DNA from: a virus | Length of the DNA: 64,000 nucleotides | IMG/VR virus record: IMGVR_UViG_3300015607_002611 | Location: 9,143-73,142 of that record | Strand: one strand, 5' to 3' | Shown here: positions 56,320 to 64,000 of the stretch, in pieces | Position numbering within the stretch: position 1 is the stretch's first letter | Layout of the letters: every line of letters begins with the position of its first letter | The notes under the pieces: model-generated | Told to the model about the DNA's origin: nothing | Databases searched by the model: none | Seen by the model: the letters and a program-made list of their open reading frames with translations, nothing else | Translations under genes and position numbers: made by a program

Positions 56320-56350
56320 CTTTGGGGTTCAAATCAAATTTTATAAATTT
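56320..56350 (+). promoter_or_regulatory. Bacteroidetes-type promoter
   Basis: TTTG at 56320-23, 19 nt, then TAAATTTA at 56343-50. The ATG is at 56369. Confidence 0.5.
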
Positions 56351-56368
56351 ACATAATAAACTAATAAC

Positions 56369-56749
56369 ATGATAAACTTTGAACAATTTAAAAATTACGT
56401 CGATGCTTTGTCAATAGATGAGCAATCCAAAAAGGATTTGATTGTTCTGGTGACTCCTTGTTTTGACTTTAGAGACTTTCTAAAAAAGAAGTATGGTTTA
56501 GAAGATGACCAAATCGAAAACTTAATTCAGTTGAAGATTGCAGCAGGTCGTGATTATATTTATAAAGACTTAGAACTTTTAGATGTTGCCGACTATACTC
56601 ATGCTCTTATTGCTAGAATGTCGAAAGTTGTTACTGAATTCGCTAAAGAAGAAAAATATGAACACGCAGAATCTCTTGAAATTGCGCTAAAGAAGGTTAT
56701 GTTAATCGGTGTACAAAATCACACACAAATTCGAGAAGCCCTGAATTAA
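56369..56749 (+). CDS. Hypothetical protein
   Basis: ORF only. Confidence 0.3.
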   Translation: MINFEQFKNYVDALSIDEQSKKDLIVLVTPCFDFRDFLKKKYGLEDDQIENLIQLKIAAGRDYIYKDLELLDVADYTHALIARMSKVVTEFAKEEKYEHAESLEIALKKVMLIGVQNHTQIREALN

Positions 56750-56750
56750 C

Positions 56751-56781
56751 TTTGGGGGATATCGAAATCTTGTTATATTTA
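56751..56781 (+). promoter_or_regulatory. Bacteroidetes-type promoter
   Basis: TTTG at 56751-54, 19 nt, then TATATTTA at 56774-81. The ATG is at 56801. Confidence 0.55.
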
Positions 56782-56800
56782 ACTAATCAATAAAATCAAC

Positions 56801-57256
56801 ATGAAAGTAAATTTAGATACCGAATTATTCGCAGTAGTAAATACTAAAACCAATGAATTAGTTCCAAGATATACAGGTGGCTTTTTCTGGACAAGAAGAG
56901 GTGATGCGGAAAGAAAATTTGATGAAATGCTCAGGAAAGCATCGCATTATAGTTTAATGGTTTGTAAATTAAATGTGACTGAAATGCTATCAGGCCCACA
57001 AATCATGGAAGAAAGACGAATCGCTGCAGAAAAGGCCGCAGAGATTGCAAGACAAAAAAGAGAAGCTGAACAGCTTAGAAATCAAAGAATCGAAGAACTT
57101 AAAAATGAACTTAAAGAATTGACAGGTCAAAGAGAACTGGATATTCCAACTATTAAAACATTCTTAGTCAGTAACTTAATTGTACCTGACTATAAAGTTA
57201 AAATTGAAAACGTTCTTAACGAACTAAGCACTTTAAATTATTCAAAAGTACGATAA
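56801..57256 (+). CDS. Hypothetical coiled-coil protein
   Basis: Charged helical middle region. Confidence 0.3.
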   Translation: MKVNLDTELFAVVNTKTNELVPRYTGGFFWTRRGDAERKFDEMLRKASHYSLMVCKLNVTEMLSGPQIMEERRIAAEKAAEIARQKREAEQLRNQRIEELKNELKELTGQRELDIPTIKTFLVSNLIVPDYKVKIENVLNELSTLNYSKVR

Positions 57257-57681
57257 TGAAAAAAGCACTATTTTTATTAAGAGGTTTGCCTGGAAATGGT
57301 AAGACAACCGCTGCAGAAATTCTTTCTGAAGCCCCTGGCATCATGCCTTACCCTGTATATTCTGCTGATGACTATTTTTACGAAAATGGTCCAAATCCTG
57401 GTCAATATGACTTTAACAGGGAAAAACTAGGTGCTGCACATAAACAATGTCAAGACAGGACTGAATTAGCAATGAAGTCTGGTGTAGAAAAAGTATTTGT
57501 GGCCAACACATTTACTACTGATAAAGAAATTAAGCCTTATAAAGAGCTTGCAGAAAGATACGGTTATATGTTGATGTCAATAATTGTTGAAAACCGTCAT
57601 GGCAACAAATCAATACATGGTGTTCCTGAGGAAACGATGGAAGCTATGGAAAAACGTTTTACTGTTAAGTTAAGAGGTTAA
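57256..57681 (+). CDS. P-loop kinase, polynucleotide-kinase-like
   Basis: Walker A 'LLRGLPGNGKTTAA' (compare T4 Pnk GCPGSGKST). 141 aa, kinase domain only. Confidence 0.55.
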   Translation: MKKALFLLRGLPGNGKTTAAEILSEAPGIMPYPVYSADDYFYENGPNPGQYDFNREKLGAAHKQCQDRTELAMKSGVEKVFVANTFTTDKEIKPYKELAERYGYMLMSIIVENRHGNKSIHGVPEETMEAMEKRFTVKLRG

Positions 57682-57693
57682 AATAAAAAAATT

Positions 57694-58035
57694 ATGATTA
57701 AAGCTACTTACGAAGAATATCAAGATACTGTAACAGGTTTATTTTTTGATTTACCTGTTTATAGCCTAGAAGGTTATAGAACATTAGATGATTTTTATTA
57801 TGAAAATCGAATAGAAATTTATAATATAATATTCAGTGCAATTGAGTTTGGTATTTTATCTAAAGTTAAACAAGTCCCATGTATAATTCTTGGTGAAAAT
57901 GTAATGACTATCACTGAAGATTTATACATGGAAAAACTTGATGATTGCTTAAGATGTTATGAATGCGATGAGATGTACGAACAATGCGCACAGGTCGTTA
58001 AATTAAAACAAGCATATGAAAATTCACGCAACTGA
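57694..58035 (+). CDS. Hypothetical protein with CxxC pair
   Basis: 'CLRCYECDEMYEQC'. Confidence 0.3.
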   Translation: MIKATYEEYQDTVTGLFFDLPVYSLEGYRTLDDFYYENRIEIYNIIFSAIEFGILSKVKQVPCIILGENVMTITEDLYMEKLDDCLRCYECDEMYEQCAQVVKLKQAYENSRN

Positions 58036-58252
58036 GTATTTATTCATGGCCGCAATATTGCTAATTATCGCAATGTGGTTATATGTAAGTATATTAAACA
58101 TCGCAAATTATCATAAGTATAAAGATAAAAATGCGAGCTCTCAAAAAAATGAGACTAAAGCTTCGGGTTTCAAAAGAATTTGGTTATATTTACTATGTAA
58201 ACTTAATCAAATAAAGAATGGAAAATCTAGAAGAAATCAAGGTAAAACTTAA
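58016..58252 (+). CDS. Small membrane protein
   Basis: TM 'FMAAILLIIAMWLYVSIL'. Confidence 0.3.
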   Translation: MKIHATEYLFMAAILLIIAMWLYVSILNIANYHKYKDKNASSQKNETKASGFKRIWLYLLCKLNQIKNGKSRRNQGKT

Positions 58253-59081
58253 AAAACTAATAGACCACGCAGAATCAGCTAAACAAATTGGTAATTTGGC
58301 CGAAGCTGAGTTATTCGCAAGTAAAGTTCAAGACTTACTTCTAAAATATAACCTTTCTAAAAAAGAAATTATCGAGCACCAAGAAGAGCTCGAGGTATCA
58401 GGCATAGATACTGATACTGAAGTTAAAAAAGCACATGGTAATTGGATGGCAATCCTTTTAAATACTTTATGTGAATATAACTTCTGTAAAGCCATTTTCA
58501 CTTCTAGCAAAATGGATAAACAATATCAAATTACAATTATTGGAAGTTATGAAAACGTTGAAGTCGTTTCATATCTTTACGATGTTCTTAAAAATCAATT
58601 ACAACGTTTATCAACAAAAGCTTTCAGTGAGAGAGTTAAAGAATTTCAAAAGAACAGTGTTTATCAATTGTCTGAGTTACTAAACATGGGAATTCCAATG
58701 GGTGATATTAAGAAATTGAAAAATGGAATGTGTACAGTTAAACGCCCATGGAAATATTCTAAAAGTTTTCCTAATCGTAGTAAATTCTTAAAGTCTTTTT
58801 ACATGGGTGCAAACTCAGGAATTTTAAAGAAACTAGAAGCAGATAAAGTTAAATCTAAACAATCAGAATTTGCAAATCAAATTAATGCCCTTGTATTAGT
58901 ACATAAAAATGCAGTTGATAAATATATGGCTGAAAATCATGATGGTATAGGAACAACTAAAGTTAGGACTAGAAAAGTTGACGGTAAAGCATATTATGAA
59001 GGTCAGAAAGCTGGAGAAAATTCTTCAATGGCAAAAGGTTTATCAAATGGTGATTCAGTAGCAACTCAAATGTTAAATTAA
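58218..59081 (+). CDS. Hypothetical protein
   Basis: ORF only. Confidence 0.3.
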   Translation: MENLEEIKVKLKKLIDHAESAKQIGNLAEAELFASKVQDLLLKYNLSKKEIIEHQEELEVSGIDTDTEVKKAHGNWMAILLNTLCEYNFCKAIFTSSKMDKQYQITIIGSYENVEVVSYLYDVLKNQLQRLSTKAFSERVKEFQKNSVYQLSELLNMGIPMGDIKKLKNGMCTVKRPWKYSKSFPNRSKFLKSFYMGANSGILKKLEADKVKSKQSEFANQINALVLVHKNAVDKYMAENHDGIGTTKVRTRKVDGKAYYEGQKAGENSSMAKGLSNGDSVATQMLN

Positions 59082-59082
59082 T

Positions 59083-59334
59083 ATGGAAGGTGAAAGTAGA
59101 AAAAAGATTGACGAATGTAAGAATGTTTACAGGGCAATCAATAAAGCAATAAGGGAAAATGATGATAATTATTTAGTTAATCTAATCAAAGAATATACAG
59201 CATCTGACGACTTTCATATTTTAAGAATGACACTAGTTGCGATTAAACCTATCAGAGATGAAGAATTGATTGCACCATTACATCAAGAGATTTTAGATAA
59301 AATACAAAACAAATTAGGTAAAATATTATACTAA
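59083..59334 (+). CDS. Hypothetical protein
   Basis: ORF only. Confidence 0.25.
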   Translation: MEGESRKKIDECKNVYRAINKAIRENDDNYLVNLIKEYTASDDFHILRMTLVAIKPIRDEELIAPLHQEILDKIQNKLGKILY

Positions 59335-59335
59335 A

Positions 59336-59677
59336 ATGGCAACAACTAAAACATATCAAATTCCATTTAATAAGAATGATGAATTATTAAGCTACGATTA
59401 TTCTTATGGTCACATGGAAATTAATTGGAAAGATAATTTTATTTTCGAAGGTAGAATGAAATATGATGGGTTTGGTAGAGGACGTTCTGCTGCAACTATT
59501 TATATGAAAGATTTGGAAACAGGTAAAAGATATCCAATGTTTTTAAAAACATTTGATGATTTAATGAAAAGCACTGGACGCTTTGCCTTTGATGGTGGAA
59601 CTGGTTCTTTAATATTCACAGGTACTTGGACTTTTTGTAAGAAAGGTACAAATTACGCAATGATGCCATCTAAATAA
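59336..59677 (+). CDS. Hypothetical protein
   Basis: ORF only. Confidence 0.25.
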   Translation: MATTKTYQIPFNKNDELLSYDYSYGHMEINWKDNFIFEGRMKYDGFGRGRSAATIYMKDLETGKRYPMFLKTFDDLMKSTGRFAFDGGTGSLIFTGTWTFCKKGTNYAMMPSK

Positions 59678-59678
59678 A

Positions 59679-60017
59679 ATGAAAACGTATACAATCGAAC
59701 AAATTAGAAAATACTTATTGAGTCAAGACTCAATGGGTGATATACTTCATAATCTTTCTGAAGCTAACATTGATAAAGCTAATGAAGTTGTTGAACTTGA
59801 AGAAGGTGAAATGTATATCTTAAATGATAGACTTTCAGTATTTAAGCTAGGTTCACATTGTAGTAAAATGGTAACACTTAGACCAGGTGATGATGTCGTT
59901 TACAAAGGTGAAGATTATGATAATTTTGATGGAGCTATGGTGTTGTTTACTATTGATGATAGTGAAGATTTGTGGTTCTGTGATGAATTAGATTTTTTAA
60001 ATGCAATAAAAGATTAA
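59679..60017 (+). CDS. Hypothetical protein
   Basis: ORF only. Confidence 0.25.
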   Translation: MKTYTIEQIRKYLLSQDSMGDILHNLSEANIDKANEVVELEEGEMYILNDRLSVFKLGSHCSKMVTLRPGDDVVYKGEDYDNFDGAMVLFTIDDSEDLWFCDELDFLNAIKD

Positions 60018-60018
60018 A

Positions 60019-60375
60019 ATGGCAATAATTAATTGGGATAAACCAAAGAAAATTCTATCAACCGAAGAGCATAATAATTACTATTCTTCTGATAGTGGCG
60101 TAGCAGGAACTTACGTTAGTAATATGTCTGATGAAGATAAAATGAAATGGAAAGGTAAGAAGTTTATTAAAACTGATATGCCTAGAATAGAGTTACGTAA
60201 AACTTTTATGACTACTGGATATGCTCAAGTTTTAGTAATTGTTTCCATGAATGAGCCGAGATTTACTATTTCAACTAATGGCAAAATTCAAATGAGTTAT
60301 GGCGAGATGGAAGAGTTTAAAGCTGTAATAGATGAGGCTTATCAAATACTTGTAAATGAAACTAATAAAAAATAA
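60019..60375 (+). CDS. Hypothetical protein
   Basis: ORF only. Confidence 0.25.
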   Translation: MAIINWDKPKKILSTEEHNNYYSSDSGVAGTYVSNMSDEDKMKWKGKKFIKTDMPRIELRKTFMTTGYAQVLVIVSMNEPRFTISTNGKIQMSYGEMEEFKAVIDEAYQILVNETNKK

Positions 60376-60377
60376 AA

Positions 60378-60656
60378 ATGAAAGAAGAAATAACAAGATA
60401 CGGAATTGAAATGGAATTTGATTACGCTGTAATCGACGAGTTAGATAAACTTTGTAAAAAATATCATACTAAAGAATTTAAGCAAGAACCTGAAGAAATG
60501 GATTTAGGTGAAACGATGTGCTTTTATGGTGTACAAGAAGATGGGTTTGAAAATGTTATAAAAGCAATGAGTGAAATGTACTCAATTGATTTAAGTGATA
60601 TTACTTATAGCACACATCAACATGGAACGATGTTGAAATTGAAGAATTCGAATTAA
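60378..60656 (+). CDS. Hypothetical protein
   Basis: ORF only. Confidence 0.25.
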   Translation: MKEEITRYGIEMEFDYAVIDELDKLCKKYHTKEFKQEPEEMDLGETMCFYGVQEDGFENVIKAMSEMYSIDLSDITYSTHQHGTMLKLKNSN

Positions 60657-60718
60657 CAAACGATATAATTGAAGGATTAGGAATTAAATTAGCACCAAAA
60701 GTAGCAAGAAAATAAATT

Positions 60719-61318
60719 ATGGAAAAAGAAAAAATCTACGAGAAAATCGAAAGCCTTTACACTAAAGATGAAAAGTCAAAGAACTTTGTATTACATTTAG
60801 TACGTTCTTATTTACCAGTAAATAAGGCAGAGAAAGTTTGGGAAAAACCAACAGACTTGAAAAAGTTTAAATGCGCTATAACTGGCGATAAATTAATTTC
60901 AGTTGCTGAAGTTTATGAAGGAATTCATTCTGAAGAATTCAAAGCAAACTTTTCAACTAAGTTAAAGGAGTCTTTTGAGACTGGAGTACCTGTAGTAAAT
61001 GAAATTACTAAAGGTAGAATTATGGGATGGCAAGGTAAAGATACTAACACTTATATGTGCTCTGAGGCTATAAGTCAGTTATACAATTGGGTTTCAACTA
61101 AAATTTTACAAGGTGATGGTAAAATTAATTGGACTGTTCGTAACATGCAAGCTAAAGAATTTTTAGGTAAATTCGATAAGTTTGGCGACGATGAGACTAA
61201 GAAGCAAGTTAATCGTATAAAACAAGTAGTTAATAAACCTGCGACTGCTAAGTTAGGAGATAATGATGTTCTACAAGCACTTAAGGATAAATTATCTGCA
61301 TCAGAAAATAATAAATAA
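60719..61318 (+). CDS. Hypothetical protein
   Basis: ORF only. Confidence 0.3.
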   Translation: MEKEKIYEKIESLYTKDEKSKNFVLHLVRSYLPVNKAEKVWEKPTDLKKFKCAITGDKLISVAEVYEGIHSEEFKANFSTKLKESFETGVPVVNEITKGRIMGWQGKDTNTYMCSEAISQLYNWVSTKILQGDGKINWTVRNMQAKEFLGKFDKFGDDETKKQVNRIKQVVNKPATAKLGDNDVLQALKDKLSASENNK

Positions 61319-61530
61319 TGGGATTTTGGTATAGACTATCATCGGTTGTGAATTTATTTGGATTACAAATCATAAGGTTTGTTTTCGAAATATTCCGTTT
61401 AATATTTCTTTTAATATTATTCATACCGATGCTATGTTCATCTAAAGCATATGAAGAGTTAAATCAATTATTCTGGAAAGATTATTCAGAATATGAAAAA
61501 GATAATGAAAATGGAAAAACCGAAATTTGA
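61318..61530 (+). CDS. Small membrane protein
   Basis: TM 'LIFLLILFIPMLCSS'. Confidence 0.3.
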   Translation: MGFWYRLSSVVNLFGLQIIRFVFEIFRLIFLLILFIPMLCSSKAYEELNQLFWKDYSEYEKDNENGKTEI

Positions 61531-61711
61531 CATATTTGAAGTTGGTAATGGTTTCAGAACTAATCCACTTAGTAAAACTCCAGGTGGTTCTACTGTAATT
61601 GTAGAAATGAAAAATGGCCAAAAATTATCATATAATAACATTAAGAATACTGAAGCTTATATAAAACGTGTAACTAAAAGTGATGACGTTCTTAGAGCCT
61701 ATGTGAAGTAA
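61493..61711 (+). CDS. Small hypothetical protein
   Basis: ORF followed by a terminator. Confidence 0.25.
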   Translation: MKKIMKMEKPKFDIFEVGNGFRTNPLSKTPGGSTVIVEMKNGQKLSYNNIKNTEAYIKRVTKSDDVLRAYVK

Positions 61712-61722
61712 ACAATAACAGG

Positions 61723-61755
61723 AATCAGGGTATAAAAATAAACCCTGATTTTTTT
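61723..61755 (+). terminator. Rho-independent terminator
   Basis: AATCAGGGT with a 10-nt loop, then ACCCTGATT and a T-run. The next ATG follows immediately. Confidence 0.7.
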
Positions 61756-61950
61756 ATGTTAGATATAATCAAGCAGATAAACGCTAAAGCTACCGCAATT
61801 CGATATATCGAAAGCTGTGAGGGCATCGACCATTTTAACGTAATGGACAACTACATTGAAATTTATAGAAATAAATTTGAAGATTTTTTAGGTTATACTG
61901 AATTGAGAAGTCTAATCGAAGAAAAGAAAAGGGAATTATATAAAATTTAA
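61756..61950 (+). CDS. Small hypothetical protein
   Basis: ORF only. Confidence 0.25.
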   Translation: MLDIIKQINAKATAIRYIESCEGIDHFNVMDNYIEIYRNKFEDFLGYTELRSLIEEKKRELYKI

Positions 61951-61958
61951 TTAAAAAA

Positions 61959-62372
61959 ATGAGTAAAGGAAAAACAGCAGCAATTGATTTTGATGGCGTA
62001 ATCCATTTCTATGGGAATGGTTGGCAAGGCGGACAGATTTATGATAAAGTTGTCCCAGGTGCAAAAGAAGGAATTCAATCCTTAAAAGATGCAGGGTTTC
62101 GTATTATGATTTATACGACTCGTACAAATCCTATGTATAGAAAAAAAGGAGAACCTGAACAATATCCACAATTAATCGAATATTTAGATAAGAATGGAAT
62201 TGTTTATGACCAAGTTTATGTTGGTTCTGGTAAGCCAATGGCAGATTTATATCTCGATGACAGAGGTATTAATTTTAATGGTGATTGGAATAAAGCTGTA
62301 GATGATATATTAAAATTCAAAGTTTGGAACCGTCCAGATGCTAAGTCAAGCGCTGAATTGAATTCTAAATAA
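61959..62372 (+). CDS. NT5C-like HAD 5'-(deoxy)nucleotidase
   Basis: Motif I 'AAIDFDGVIHF', 'IMIYTTRT' and 'LYLDDR'. Confidence 0.55.
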   Translation: MSKGKTAAIDFDGVIHFYGNGWQGGQIYDKVVPGAKEGIQSLKDAGFRIMIYTTRTNPMYRKKGEPEQYPQLIEYLDKNGIVYDQVYVGSGKPMADLYLDDRGINFNGDWNKAVDDILKFKVWNRPDAKSSAELNSK

Positions 62373-62395
62373 AGATAAATATCTCAAATAATGGT

Positions 62396-63118
62396 TTGTC
62401 AATGGCCCTTTCGACTCATGAACAAGAAATCCTTATTGCCTTTGCGGAGGAACACTTTAAGGATTTACCGAAAAACTGTATACAATTATACAAGGAAGAG
62501 CCTAGACTACCAGGTTACGGCAGAGTAAATGAGGGCGACGATATGCTTACTATGAAAGTAAGTTTATCGTTATCTCTTCTTACTACATACGAGAAACACA
62601 CGGAAAATAAAGATGAAGATTTCTCTATTCAATTAGCTGATTTATTCGCCCAAGAATATACAATGCATCTGGCTGATGTATTATTTGATACAATAGCAAC
62701 TGAAGAAGAATTAATAAACACTTCTGTACCGAAACTTGTACGTTATTGTAAAATGGAACGTAATCCAATTGTGATATGTAGTCCAATCGTAGCTGAAGAA
62801 TTTGCAAAAGAAAGAGGATTTCAACCATCTGATATTACAATGGTTGACATGGAATCTGGGTATTTATACGAAGCTGGTAAAATAAGAAATCTTACAATCG
62901 TAGTTGACCCTTTGCAAAATAATGTGAAGTATGCTTATTTAATAACTGGAAATATTCTACAATACAATTTAATAAATGTTGATGATGAAAGTTTTGTCAC
63001 ATACCAATTGACTGAAGATGGTAATGATTTACTTGCTATATTTAAACCAGTTGTTATGTTATATCAAGTAGATTCTTCTGGAATGTATCACAAGTTTTTC
63101 AACATAGTTGACGAATGA
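62396..63118 (+). CDS. Hypothetical protein
   Basis: ORF only. Confidence 0.3.
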   Translation: MSMALSTHEQEILIAFAEEHFKDLPKNCIQLYKEEPRLPGYGRVNEGDDMLTMKVSLSLSLLTTYEKHTENKDEDFSIQLADLFAQEYTMHLADVLFDTIATEEELINTSVPKLVRYCKMERNPIVICSPIVAEEFAKERGFQPSDITMVDMESGYLYEAGKIRNLTIVVDPLQNNVKYAYLITGNILQYNLINVDDESFVTYQLTEDGNDLLAIFKPVVMLYQVDSSGMYHKFFNIVDE

Positions 63119-63136
63119 CACAATTAATCAAATCAT

Positions 63137-63436
63137 ATGAGTAAAACTAAATTAATTAATATTAAATCTGGAGAACCATATGACGTCTATATTGGACGAG
63201 GTTCAATTTGGGGCAACCCATACACTCATATTAAAGATAGAGAAACTAAAGCTCTTTATATAGTTGGCACTAGAAAAGAAGCTATATCGAAATATAAGGA
63301 ATACCTTTTAAATAACCCTATGCTCATGGAGAAAATTGAAGAATTAAGAGGTAAAACACTTGCATGTTATTGTCACCCTAAATCATGCCACGGTGATATT
63401 ATTATTGAAGTCCTAAATAGGAATCCACTTTTTTAA
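63137..63436 (+). CDS. Small Cys/His protein, DUF4326-like
   Basis: 'VYIGRGSIWGNPY...GKTLACYCHPKSCHGDII'. Confidence 0.35.
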   Translation: MSKTKLINIKSGEPYDVYIGRGSIWGNPYTHIKDRETKALYIVGTRKEAISKYKEYLLNNPMLMEKIEELRGKTLACYCHPKSCHGDIIIEVLNRNPLF

Positions 63437-63508
63437 TAATCTCCAGTAAACCAAACGTTTTAAGAGCATATAATACTAAACAGTAAGTATTTATTTAAAA
63501 CGAACAAT

Positions 63509-64000
63509 ATGAATCCAATCATATTTCTATCAATTGATGGTGTTATCTCAACTAACGATGGTATTGATGACGCAATTAAAACTAAAGGTGAAACACATGA
63601 CAAACAAGGATTTGTTTATTTTTGCCCAAAAGCATGTGAACATGTTTCCAAATTAGTTGAGCATTATAAAGCAGATGTAGTAATTTACTCACCATGGTCA
63701 GATGATTTTAAAACAGTTGCTGACTTCAATAAATTTCTAAAACAAAGAAATATAAATTGGCCAGTAGTTGATAAAACATCTGGCTTAATTACAAAGTGGT
63801 TTACTAAAAATGGTACACCTGAAAAGTTCGTTATAATAACATCTGATGATACTTTACTTGATTTATTTCCAAACAACATTGCACTAACAGAAGACATTCA
63901 TGGATTTGCAGACCGTAAAATCTATCGTAAAGCTATGAATACACTTAAGAAGCCTGCAGAAGTTATTAAAGTTAAAACAAACGAAAAAGAACAAAAATTA
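63509..64000 (+). CDS. NT5C-like HAD-fold protein, 5' part (runs off window end); nucleophile Asp replaced by Ser
   Basis: 'IIFLSIDGVIS' aligns with DxDGV of the paralogs at 55022 and 61959 but reads S-I-D-G-V. No stop codon before position 64000. Confidence 0.4.
   Translation, partial: MNPIIFLSIDGVISTNDGIDDAIKTKGETHDKQGFVYFCPKACEHVSKLVEHYKADVVIYSPWSDDFKTVADFNKFLKQRNINWPVVDKTSGLITKWFTKNGTPEKFVIITSDDTLLDLFPNNIALTEDIHGFADRKIYRKAMNTLKKPAEVIKVKTNEKEQKL

Noticed and set aside
1-64000. CRISPR array or long direct repeats
   Set aside because: No regularly spaced repeats were found. The only recurring non-coding strings are the promoter motifs and ATATATAAT elements, and they are not evenly spaced.

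Overview
This window is a 64 kb, very AT-rich, gene-dense stretch of a large virulent T4-like phage. About 110 ORFs are packed head to tail on the + strand, with many TAATG/ATGA stop-start overlaps. The only antisense gene is one GIY-YIG homing endonuclease. Genes lack Shine-Dalgarno sequences. At least eight genes are preceded by a Bacteroidetes-type promoter motif (TTTG, 19 nt, TAnnTTTA), which points to a Flavobacteriia or other Bacteroidetes host. The gene content is almost entirely auxiliary and falls into five blocks. (1) 0.3-3.6 kb is a nucleotide-modification module. It holds two divergent thymidylate-synthase-fold enzymes, one uracil-type (Asn) and one cytosine-type (Asp, dCMP-hydroxymethylase-like). 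A protein-kinase-like kinase sits between them and a metallophosphoesterase follows. (2) 11.1-26.6 kb is a roughly 15 kb glycan-biosynthesis island. It has GT29-like and CstII-like sialyltransferase-fold enzymes plus GT2, GT25, GT11-like and GT10-like transferases. It also has a PAPS-type sulfotransferase with APS kinase CysC, three methyltransferases, Gmd, a cupin, a short DegT-like aminotransferase, and the CMP-Kdo pathway (API, KdsA, KdsB). (3) 27.9-30.5 kb carries argininosuccinate synthase and lyase (ArgG-ArgH). (4) 30.5-32.9 kb is a visibly GC-richer NfeD-flotillin operon with its own promoter and terminator. (5) 39.7-57.7 kb is an RNA/tRNA end-repair set. It contains three distinct nucleotidyltransferase ligases (HNH-fused, Rnl1-like, Rnl2-like), a Thg1-like 3'-5' polymerase, a DEDDy exonuclease, a pol-beta nucleotidyltransferase and a 2H phosphoesterase. 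It also has a P-loop polynucleotide-kinase-like protein, a CX5R phosphatase, a metallophosphatase and several HAD/NT5C-like phosphatases. Five free-standing homing-endonuclease genes, each preceded by an ATATATAAT-like motif, interrupt these blocks. There is also a phage sigma-like factor, a small heat-shock protein, a Nudix hydrolase, a NadM-like nucleotidyltransferase and an ATP-grasp ligase. No tRNA, rRNA or CRISPR arrays were found.
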